The translations under genes and the position numbers were made by a program. Under the pieces are notes generated by a model. It searched no databases. It was not told the DNA's origin and worked only from the letters and a program-made list of their open reading frames with translations. Source: Candidatus Altimarinota bacterium (GTDB lineage: Bacteria; Patescibacteriota; Gracilibacteria; BD1-5; UBA6164). From it: a DNA stretch of 40,000 bases. The DNA is taken from the NCBI GenBank assembly GCA_025210615.1, contig JAOARJ010000013.1:1-40000 (forward strand), read 5' to 3'. Below, in pieces: positions 10,925-21,499 of the stretch (the first letter of the stretch is position 1; the number at the start of each line of letters is the position of its first letter).

Positions 10925-12445
10925 ATGAATGAAGTATTATTTTTGTTATGTGGACTATTAGCTTGAATAGCTGTATACCATTTGATAACAAAATATATTG
11001 ACTCAAAGACTAAACAAAATAGTCAAAAAGAAGCAGACCAAATCTTAAAAAATGCAAAAGTAGATAAAGAGAAAATTATAACTGAAGCCAAGTTGGAAAA
11101 AAATGAAATATTAAATAAGGCAGATAGTGAGAGAGATAAAATTCTAGAGAAAGCAAGACAAGCTGAACAAAGAATTATATCTAAAGAAGATAAATTAGAT
11201 TTGAAAGCAGAAGAGTTGACTAAAAAACAAGAATCTTTATTTAAAAAAGAAGAATCTTTAGAAAAAGAAAGAAATGTTTTGGCTGAAAAAACATGAGAAT
11301 TAGAAATTAAAATTTCTGAAATAGCTAAACTAACTGAAGAAGAAGCAAGAGGATTGTTCCTGAAACAAATGGAAGAAAAATATGAAAAAGATGCTATTTC
11401 TTTATTAGATAAGAGAAAATCTTATTATAAGGAAAAAGAGAAGGAAGTATCTAGAGAAATTTTGATTAAAGCTATGCAACAATATTCTTGTGATGTTACA
11501 ACTGAAACGACTTCTACAGTTATACCGCTTGAGAGTGATGATATAAAATGAAGACTTATCTGAAAAGAAGGTCGTAATATTATTACTTTTGAAAAAGCTA
11601 CGTGAGTTTCTCTTATTATAGACGATACTCCGGATACTGTGTTTATTTCTAGTTTTGATTTATATAGAAGATATGTAGCGAAAGTTTCTCTTGAAAAACT
11701 TTTAGAAGATAAGAGAATACAACCTGCTAGAATTGAAGAAATCGTTGAAAATACTAAAGGAGAGGCTGATATTTTACTAAAAAATATTGGTCAAAAGACT
11801 TTAGATGAACTTGATATAAAACCTCTTCCAGAAGAGATTGTTAAGCTTATCTGAAAACTTAGATTTAGAACTAGTTATGGACAAAATATTTTGCAACACT
11901 CTAGGGAAATGGCGTTTATTGCTGAAAGTATAGCCAAAGATTTGTGAGTAGATACATACGCTGTTAGAGTCTGAGCGTTACTGCATGATATTTGAAAAGC
12001 ATTAGACCATGATATTGAATGAAATCATCCAGAAATTTGAGCTAGAGTAGCGAGAAAATATGGAATTTCTGAAGATATAGTAGATATGATAGAAAACCAC
12101 CATGGAGAACCTACAATGATATCTTTAAACTCTGCTATTATACAAGTTGCTGACACAATTAGTAGTGTTAGACCTTGAGCAAGAAGGGAATCTATCGAAC
12201 TATATCTAAAGAGAATTAAAGAATTAGAAACGCTTGTACAAACTTTTTCTTGAGTAAATAATGCTTATGCAGTAAGTGCTTGAAGAGAAGTTAGAGTATT
12301 TGTTGATGCGGAAGTTATTTCTGATATCGAAGCTGTAAAAATGGCTAGAGATATTGCTGATAAAATACAAGAAAATGGAAGCTATCCTTGAGAAGTAAAA
12401 GTGAATTTAATTAGAGAAATTAGAGTTATAGAATACGCTAAATAA
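10925..12445 (+). CDS. rny: Ribonuclease Y (506 aa)
   Basis: N-terminal TM helix, a Lys/Glu coiled coil, KH '[28 protein letters not shown]', and HD region 'LRFRTSYGQNILQHSREMAFIAE'. Three track fragments share one frame. Confidence 0.9.
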
Positions 12446-12465
12446 TAAAATTTAATTAAAAAATT

Positions 12466-13023
12466 ATGTACTGAGCTACAGAACTAAAACCAGGTAGAAA
12501 AATTATTTTTGAAAATGCACCTTACGAAATCTTAAAATATGACCAACATGTGATGGGAAGATGAAGTAGTGTTATCAATGTAAAAATGAAAAACTTGCTT
12601 ACTGGAGCTATTGTTCCAAAATCTTTTTGAGATAGTGATAAATTTGAAGAAGCTGATGTTTTTAAATCAGCTTATGAATATTTATATGAAGATGGTGAAA
12701 ATTACTACTTCATGAATCAAAAAAATTATGAACAGGTATTCATAAATAGTGAAGCTGTTTGAGATGCTAAATTCTTCTTAGTAGAATGAGGAAAAGTTGT
12801 TTTACAAGAATATAACTGAAATCCAATAAATATTGAATTAGAACCAAGTGTGGAACTAGAAGTTATGGAAACTCCACCTTGAGAAAAATGAGATACAGCG
12901 ACAGGAGGAAAAAAACCAGCTACATTGTCTACTTGACTAGTTGTACAAGTTCCTTTATTTATAGGTATTTGAGATATAATTAAAGTAGACACAAGAGATA
13001 AATCATACTTATCTAGAGCATAA
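12466..13023 (+). CDS. efp: Elongation factor P (185 aa)
   Basis: 'LKPGRKIIFENAPYEILKYDQHVMGRGSSVINVKMKNLLTG' and 'ETPPGEKGDTATGGKKPATLSTG'. Confidence 0.93.
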
Positions 13024-13091
13024 TTTGTCTAGTATAGTCATCTAAATTTTAGATGGCTAAATCTAGATAATTATAATTTTAGTAAAAAAAT

Positions 13092-13880
13092 ATGATACCT
13101 TTTTTTGAAATATTCAATTGATGGCTTATTTATACCTTCGGATTAACATTAACATTATGTTTTTTCTTGTTTTTATGGCTGCTTAGAAAAGTGTCTGATA
13201 AATTTTGAATAAACTTTTCATTTTTTGTAAATAGAATCTTTTGGTTTTTCTTGTCTACATTTCTTTTTTCAAGGTTATTTTATATTATTTGAAGATGGGA
13301 AGATTTTAAATTTATAAATAATTTTTTAGAATTTTTTATAATGACAGATTATAATTTTTCTCTTATTTGAGGGATATTTGGTTTTCTGTTAGTGTTATTT
13401 TTGTCTACTCGTAGTTTTAAAATACAATCTTGAAAATATATAGACGCAACAGTTATTACATTTTTATTTGTAGCGATTTTCTGATTTATTTGAGCATTTT
13501 TAGGTGGACAAATTTATTGAACTGAAACGACATATTGAATAGAAGTTGTCTACAATCATAGTTTTAGTCCAGTGGTAAGTGGGATACCTGTTTTTCCTCT
13601 GGCTTTAGTCTATTCATGAGTTTGTTTTGTACTTTTTTCGCTTCTATATATGCTTAGTGACTTTGTAAAAGTAAGATGACTTTTGTGATATATAGGAATG
13701 ATTTTATTCTTTAGTGGTATTCTTATACTAGACAATTTTAATTGAAAAGCAGATTTATTTGTCCAAAAATATGCAATAAGTTTTAATCAAATTTGAGCGA
13801 TTTTCTTTATCTTGTTTGCATTTTTTAAATTATATATGATTTCAAAAGATTCAAGCAAACAAAATGATATTATTATCTAG
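13092..13880 (+). CDS. lgt: Prolipoprotein diacylglyceryl transferase (262 aa)
   Basis: Polytopic membrane protein with 'GGIFGFLL' and 'GAFLGGQIYG' (compare the Lgt 'GRxGNFxNxELxG' region). Confidence 0.75.
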
Positions 13881-13893
13881 TAGATTTTAAAAT

Positions 13894-15378
13894 ATGAATT
13901 TATCTCTTAATAGACAATTTTTATTTTGTCTACTATCTTTTTTAATATGAATATTTATTTTTAACATATTTTTTGATTTTTTTGTATCACTTTTTTTGAT
14001 AATATTTTGTCTAATTATTTTATTAAATTATAGTTTATTTTTATGAAAAACTTGATTTAATAAATTTATTTTTTTGTTATTTTTTAGTAGTATTTTTTGA
14101 ATAATTATCTGACAAATAAATTATAATAATATAAATTATAAACAGCTTAAATTAGAGAATATAACTAATAATTATTCTAGTGAAATTAGTTTAGAATTAC
14201 AGATAATAAACACATATAAAAAATATGAAAATTATACCAGCTATATTTGAAAAATAATTACTATAAATAATGAAAAAATTGATAATATAAATTTGCTTAT
14301 TAATTTTTCTCCAAAAGAAAATTTATACCAAAATGATAAAATTATTGTAGACACTAAAGTAGACAAAATTAATAATTTTGTGTCGACTTTTGATTATGAA
14401 AATTTTATGAAATCAAAAAATATTTATGGAAGTTTGAATATCTATTTTTTAGAAAAAGAAAAAATTATAAGATGAAAATCAGGATTTATTTACAAAACTA
14501 GACAAAAAATGTTAGATGCTATGTCTACTATATTTCCTGAACAAGAAGCTAATTTATTGTCTTGAATATTGATTTGAAGTAGACAAAATTTATCAAAAAA
14601 TTTACAAGAAAATTTTAATAATTCATGACTTACTCATATAATAGCAGTTAGTTGATATAATATTACAATAATTATTTTGTTTGTATGAATTTTTATTGTT
14701 TATTTGCCATATTTTTTAAGACCATTTATAGTAGCATTATTTATTATAATTTTTGTTTTATTGGTAGGTTTAGAGCCTCCTGTACTAAGGGCTGCAATAA
14801 TGTGATGAATGTGATTTTTTGTTCTTTTATCAGGAAGAGAAAATAATTCTATAACATTACTTATTTTATCTGCTGCTATTATAGCCTTATTCAACCCATT
14901 TATTTTAAATTTTGATATAAGTTTTTGGTTGAGTTTTTTGTCTGTTTTATGATTAACATTTATTTATCCTCTTATAGAAAATAAGTTTGAAAGATTGCCA
15001 AGATTTATCAGGGATAATTTTTCTCTTGCTATCTCTGCTTTTGTTTTTAATTTGCCAATATTAATTTATTTTTTTTGAGAAATTTCTATTATATTTATCA
15101 TAAGTAATCTATTTGTGTTATTTGCGATTCCTTTTGCAATGTTGTTTTGATTTATGGCTATAATATTAAGTTTTGTTAATATAATTTTATGAAAAATTAT
15201 ATGATTTATAGCTTATTTCTTTTTGCATTATATAATTTTAATGGTGAATTTTTTTGGAGAATTGCCATTTGCTAAAATAAATTTGGATTTTTGATTTCTT
15301 AATATTTATTTTTTAGTTTTATATTATTTAATTATCTGAATATTTTTATTAAATAAAAATAAAAAAACTGCTATTTAG
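13894..15378 (+). CDS. comEC: ComEC/Rec2-family DNA internalisation channel, short form without a C-terminal metallo-beta-lactamase domain (494 aa)
   Basis: 'NNSGLTHIIAVSGYNITII', 'PPVLRAAIMGG' and many TM helices. TAG stop at 15376-15378, inside the terminator stem. Confidence 0.8.
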
Positions 15379-15384
15379 CAGTTT
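15365..15384. terminator. Bidirectional terminator between the convergent comEC and the minus-strand locus
   Basis: A 9-bp perfect stem, 'aaactgcta' tt 'tagcagttt', with an A-run on the left and a T-rich stretch on the right. Confidence 0.65.
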
Positions 15385-15389
15385 CAATT

Positions 15390-16037
15390 TTATGCGCTCA
15401 TTATTGTTTCTGAATCATATGGCCAATCTTTTAATTTTCTCTCACCTTCTGCCGAGGCTACTTTTTGTTCATTATCTCATGTTTGAGATATTGTTTTTCT
15501 TTTCTTTTTTGAAGCTTCTTGTTCTTTGTTTTGTCTTTCATTTATTTGATTCATCAACTTTTTTAGACTTTCAGAAAATTCTTGAGCTTTTTTTCTTTCT
15601 TTTTCATGAGATTTATCAACAGCTTCTCAAGTTTCTTTTGATATTTTTCATTTTCATCAACCTATTCATTTAATAAATTTATTTATTTCTTTTACATTTT
15701 CGGCTATTTCTAGTATAGCTTGTTCTTTTCATTTTTCATCATTTAAATTAAGCCCATTTAATTCTTTAGCACGCTTTTCAATTAGAGTATTAAAAGCTGT
15801 TATTTCATTCTCACTTAATCATCTCTTTTCTAAATTTCATGCAATAGATTTTGCAGCATTGAGAAAAGTTTCTCAAGCACTACCTTTATTATAATTTTCT
15901 TTTATTGCATTCATTTCTTCTGTGTGGAAGTTTGGATCTTTTTCTTTTTTAGGAAAATCTGTTTCAAATGCATTTTTACTTGCTTCTTGTTCTTTTGTTA
16001 GTTCAGTATTATTATTTCCTGTTTCAAGATTTGACAT
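15390..16037 (-). CDS. Soluble Lys/Glu-rich coiled-coil protein (215 aa), last gene of the T4SS-like locus
   Basis: ATG at 16037-16035, TAA at 15392-15390. Open under code 25. No TM segment and no recognised motif. Confidence 0.65.
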
Positions 16038-16107
16038 AATTATATATTATAAAAAAAATAAACTTTGGTATATTCTATCATACTAAAGTTTATTTTGCAA
16101 ATTTTGA

Positions 16108-16554
16108 TTAATAATATACCCAAGGAGCGATTATACTAAGTATTGTTCCTGTTAATAAAAGTAAAATTAATCATAAAATTGTTTGTATAATTCTTCATTT
16201 TGCAGCTTCTTTTGCTCATGAGTCTACTCCAGAAGCAGAAATAGCTATTCAGTTTATAACGATGAATAATACTCAAGTTAGAGCTGCGATAAGTGTTCAA
16301 TATTTTATCATTTTATTTAATACTTCCATAACACTGTTAAATCATTTTTTTATTTCACATTGGTATAATGTAGGATTTTTTTTGGCTGTATCAGACCATT
16401 TTATAGCAGTACAATTCCCTCAAGGGACTTCTTCAGTTGTTTCAACTTTTAAAGTTATTTCTTTATCGGCAGCATAAGTATTATTAGCTGTTATAAGAAA
16501 TAATCACAAAATAATACAGGAAAATAGAATAATTAATTTAATTAAATTTTTCAT
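16108..16554 (-). CDS. TrbC/VirB2-like T4SS pilin (148 aa): signal peptide plus one two-TM hairpin
   Basis: 'MKNLIKLIILFSCIILGLFLITANNTYA' then 'LIAALTGVLFIVINGIAISASGVDSGAKEAAKGRIIQTILGLILLLLTG'. Confidence 0.7.
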
Positions 16555-16564
16555 AATTATAAAA

Positions 16565-17485
16565 TTAGAAATTAATATCAGATAAAATAGAAACACTAGA
16601 GATATAGATTAATATTCAAAGTACAGTGTAAAGAATAATATCTTTTCATTTCTGCATTTTTGAATCATCTCCTCAAGATAATAAATAATAGTATCATCAT
16701 AGAGTTATAAAGAAGAATGCGACAGGCGCTAAGAAATAAGCTCATACTTGCATTAATTGTTGATATAATTTTTCTCAAGCCATTAAATCATTTGCAAATA
16801 CTAAACTCTTGAATCATTCTATAAGTCCTACAAAGAATAATCAGAATAATCAGTAAGAGAATTTGAATTTTCATTCAGTAACATTTTCTTCTTTTCATCT
16901 TGAAGAAATAACTCTTCCTCAAGCTAAAATAAACATAAGTATAGCAGAGGCAAATATTAATACCTCCAAAAAAGTAATAACATTTTCTGAAACAACTGTT
17001 AGGAAATTATCTCATGCTAGTAAACTTATACTTGTTCAATCAGAAAATGTATCAGGATTTGAAGTTAAAGATTTATCTTTGTTATTAGTAACAAATACAT
17101 CTTTTAATAATTCAGGAATATTTATAAATAATAATCAAGTTAAAGCGTAGTATAATTGTTTCTTAGAAGAAGACAACTGTTCTTCATTTGTTCACATTGA
17201 TAATACCATCATAATTCAAGTATATACAAGAAAAATAACTAATACTCACTGTAAAGTCGTTTTTAAAATGGCAATAGCACTACCTCATAAAATGTTAGCA
17301 TTTTCTGTTAAGCTAGCATTATTTAATCCTTCTTTTAACATTGAAACATCTTTTACACTGTCAATTTTATTTAAGCTATCTATTCATACAACTCATTTTT
17401 CATTATTATCATCTCAAGCAGCCAAACAAATACTTCAATAAAAAGCAGTAATAATCGTGATAATGAAAAGTAATATTTTTTTCAT
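16565..17485 (-). CDS. Membrane protein with signal peptide and three pilin-like two-TM hairpin modules (306 aa)
   Basis: I checked every triplet of this frame: no TAA or TAG. Loops are 'SMGTNEEQLSSSKKQLYYALTGL', 'SSRGKEENVTEGKFKFSYGLFGL' and 'LSGGDDSKMQKGKDIILYTVLGI'. Confidence 0.75.
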
Positions 17486-17515
17486 AATTATAAAAATTAA
17501 TTATTATATTTTATT

Positions 17516-18595
17516 TTAAGTCGGTGGTTTTATAACAGGTCATACTTCGCTTGATAAGAAGAATACTGTTATTGTATAACTAGCCGATACTATAAACATT
17601 CAGATAAGGGCATATAGTAACCATTTTTTTCATTTTTCCATATTCTCTTCATTTCATCAAGAGGTTACCATTAATCCTCAAGCATAAATAATTATAATAG
17701 TTACTATTACTAACATAAAAGTATTTCCCCAGTTTATAATGTCAGTTACTATATCTACTCATTCTTTAAAATTAACTTTTCATCTACATCCTCATTCTTT
17801 ACCACAATTAATATCTCAATAAAGGCTTTTTATCATTGCTCAAGATACTTTTACCATAACATATCACATTATAGCGTAGATAACTCAGTCTTTTCATTTT
17901 TTTACTTTATCTTCTTGTCCACGGGCAGTTATTAGTCTGTAAGCTGAATATACCATCATTGCTACAAATCAGAATCAAGTTAGAAATAACATAAATTGAG
18001 CAATAGGATTTATTATGTTTATAAGTAGAACTTCTCATAATTGACCATCTACTTGACCAGCATTTTCTCATACTCAAGGTTTATAAAGATTTACAGCTAC
18101 ACTATAAGCGATTTGCATAACAATAAGTCAGACACTTGTCCATATAACAGTTTTTTTAACATTTTGAAACTCTTCTTCAGAATTTTGTGTGAAAACAAGT
18201 CTTAAAACCATTATAAGCAAATATATAGAAGAGATGATATATACAAGATTTTTCATATCTTTTGCCACGGTTATAAGAAAATTATAAATTCCTCAAGTTC
18301 CAGTAACTTCCTCTTGAACAGTATGAAAACCACTTTTCATCTTTTCAAGAGGCTTAATTTCTCTTTTTGTTCCTTGGGTATTATCTTGACGACCACTGTT
18401 ATCATCTTTTCAACTACCTCAAGTATTTCCAGAAGATTCTTTTCAGCCAGCAGAATTATCTGTTACTATAGTAGGAGAGTTTTCACTTTCATATCATTTA
18501 TATTTATTATCTCTTGTACTGATATCTCAAAAAGCACTTCATATAGACAAGCTAAATATAAAACAGAATGTAATTATTTTTATAAAATTTTTCAT
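17516..18595 (-). CDS. Membrane protein with signal peptide, a Gly/Ser/Asp-rich linker and three pilin-like two-TM hairpin modules (359 aa)
   Basis: Loops are 'FTQNSEEEFQNVKKTVIWTSVGL', 'TARGQEDKVKKGKDGVIYAIMGY' and 'TSGGNEENMEKGKKWLLYALIGM'. Confidence 0.7.
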
Positions 18596-18638
18596 AATTA
18601 TTTTTATTAGAAGAAAAGTATTAATTAATTTGTTATTT

Positions 18639-21368
18639 TTAATTTGTAATTCATAATCTAGCTTCTATTTCCATATCTACATATTTTCTCTTTCTACCAT
18701 ATTTTTTTCTTGAATATTCTTTTAAAATACCCGCTGCTTTTGTGTTCTTATAATTATTATCCCGGATAGTTTTTATATCAAATGGTCTACTCGAAGCATT
18801 ATTTATATTTAGTTTACAATAAGTTGTGAAATTTGCAATACCAATTATATCTTGTTGTGATAAAACTGGAGCATATTCTTTTTCTAAATACTCAGCATCT
18901 TCAGCTCAGACCTTGAAACTCATTATAGTACCAGCATTACCGAATACTGCATCTTTAATAGATGGTTTATCTCATTTTTGAGCTCAAGAAGCATTAATTT
19001 GAGCAATAAATTGGTGAGCCATTATAAGAGCTAAACGATATTTTCTGGCTTCTGATAATATTTCTCAGAAAGTTTCTGTTGCAAAATTTTGGAATTCATC
19101 TACATATAGATAGAAATCTTTTCTTTCATCTTCTGGAATATCAGCTCTACTCATCGCAGCCATATTCATTTTAGATACATAAATCAATCATAATAATTGC
19201 GCATTAAGTGCTCAAATTTTACCTTTAGAAAGATTTACTAATACAATTTTTTCATTATCCATAGCGTGTCTAATATTGAAAGCTGATTTAGGTTGTCCTA
19301 TAATATTACGAATAGTAGTATTAGTAATAAATGGGCCAAATTTTGAACTGAAATAAGGAATCATTTCTTGTTTTTCTCTATCTCAAGTATTAGCATACTC
19401 ATGGTCCCAAAAAGATTTTACTACAGGATTTTGTACTTTTGAAGTTTTATACTTCATAAAAGCATCATCAGTAAACAATCTAGGTACATCAATAAGTGTT
19501 CCTCACTCATCTAAATCTTCCATTAATGTCAAACAACCATTACGGAAATAATGTTGTATACGAGGACCAAAAATTTCATCACCAAATATTTTTATAAAGA
19601 TTTCAGTAGCGTCCATTGCGGCTCTATCCATTTCTCTTTTTCTGGCTTCTGACTCACTAGATATTACCTCAAGCATATTCAGCCCCATAGGTCTATCATC
19701 ATCAGCAGGGTCAAAGACAATTACATCTTTTGCTCTTTCTTTTGGAGTAAAAGCTAGAATATCTTCAACCAAATCACCATGCGGATCAATAACTCATAAA
19801 CCATGTCCAGCCCGTACATCTTGTCTAGCTAAATATCATACAAATACAGATTTTCAACCTCAAGATTTTCAGATAACATAATGGTGTCTACCCCTGTCTT
19901 TTTTATCAAAATAGATAGGAGTTTTTCTACTTCTATATTCATTCCATCACATTAAAACTCAATCTTCATAAGTTTTAAAACCTCAAAGTTCCATATGAAC
20001 TTTTTTCATATTTCAGTTTTTATCTTTTTTTTCTAAAATAATAGGTTTTTTAGGTTGTTTAAGATTATGCGGAGGAGCTAGTTTTTTATATTCTAACCAT
20101 TCAATAATAGGACTTCTATTATAGTTTATATCAGGAAAGTGATACATACTTGATAGCTCATCAATAGAAAAAATTGAAATATTTTGAAACATTCATAAAA
20201 GTCTATATTTATAAGCAAAATATCTAATAGGAGTAAAAATAAATGGCAAAGCATCTTCTATAAGTTGCGGATTATCAAGAGAATTATTATATTCGTCAGC
20301 ATAAATTGTAGCTGCTCAAATAATAGCATGAACTCATTCTTCAGCATTTCTTGAGCTTTTACTTGAACAAATTATTCTAATAGATGTTCTAAATGATAAT
20401 TGCCCAGCAGATTCTCACATTATTTTTTGCGCTTCTACTTCAGCTTGATTAAATATTTTATAAGAATCTCAAGAATTGGCTCAAGGAGCATTATTAGGGT
20501 CTTTTACCATACTATCTGGTCATTGAAAAATGGCTACAATAGGATTCCAAAAAATATCTAAAAATGGAATATTTCTTTTTTTACTATATTCTCATTTCGC
20601 TACTAATCAAGCAGCTCTTTTAGCTTTTTTAGCCCAAGAGCCTGGAGCAGGTTTTATAACAATTTGAAATACTGCTTTGTCATCTTTAGCAAGACCTCAA
20701 AATACATTTGTGAAATTATTTAATCAATCATCTTCCATATATTTATACGTTCTAATAGGGAAAACATCATCATTTTCTTTTCATAAAGAAGCAGCTCTTG
20801 TAGTATATCAATTTGGTTTTAATTTAAATTCTCCTTCTTCAACAAATTCAACTTCAGCATCATTATAAAGCGAAGTTATATGTTGTTGTACTAGATTAGC
20901 ATATTGCTCGTAAGTAGACACATAAAAATGAACTTTTCACATATCGTATACAAGTTCCATACTAACTTTCGCATGATTGAAAAGCAAATTCATAACTGTA
21001 TCATATAATCCCGCTTCAGAAAGTTTATTTACAGCTTTATAAAACATACTCATAATTCAGATTTTTTCTTTGAAGTCCTTTTTTGTTTCTCTTTCTTTGT
21101 CTAATTTTGAATCTGCTTTTGGCAATGTAATTTTCATATAAACTAATTTTTTTGCAGTCCACATTTCAAACATCAAACGCATTGTTTTAACAATCAAAAC
21201 AAGAAGTAAAATAGTTAAAACTATCCCTAAAATAATATAAAGCACATCTCAAATAACTCAATTTAAAATTCATCAAGAAGTTTGAGCAGTTTCAGTTGCA
21301 GCAGTTTGTTTTTCAATTGTTTTATTTGCGTCTAATAAACTAGACATAAATACATTATAAATTTGCAT
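18639..21368 (-). CDS. T4SS ATPase of the FtsK/HerA superfamily, VirD4/TraG/TraD-like coupling protein (909 aa; 902 aa if it starts at ATG 21347)
   Basis: N-terminal TM 'VLYIILGIVLTILLLVLIV'. Walker A 'HYVIGKSGGGKS' at 19848-19874, where three Gly are TGA. 'VIDPHGDL', Walker B 'FYLYVDEFQNF', and the TraG-D_C-like 'ARKYRLALIMAHQFIAQI'. Track fragments 19503-19772 and 21057-21245 are in frame. Confidence 0.88.
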
Positions 21369-21449
21369 AATTTTCTTTAATATTATTTTTATTTGTATAA
21401 GTCTATCATATTTTTTTAAAAAAGCCAATAATTTAGGTTTGACAAATTA

Positions 21450-21490
21450 AAAAAAACTAAAAAAATAAAGAAGTAATAGCAACTTCTTTA
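21450..21490 (-). terminator. Rho-independent terminator after the Kazal-domain gene
   Basis: A 9-bp stem, 21466-21474 with 21482-21490 ('taaagaagt' / 'acttcttta'), followed on the minus strand by a T-run. Confidence 0.65.
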
Positions 21491-21499
21491 TTAAAAATA

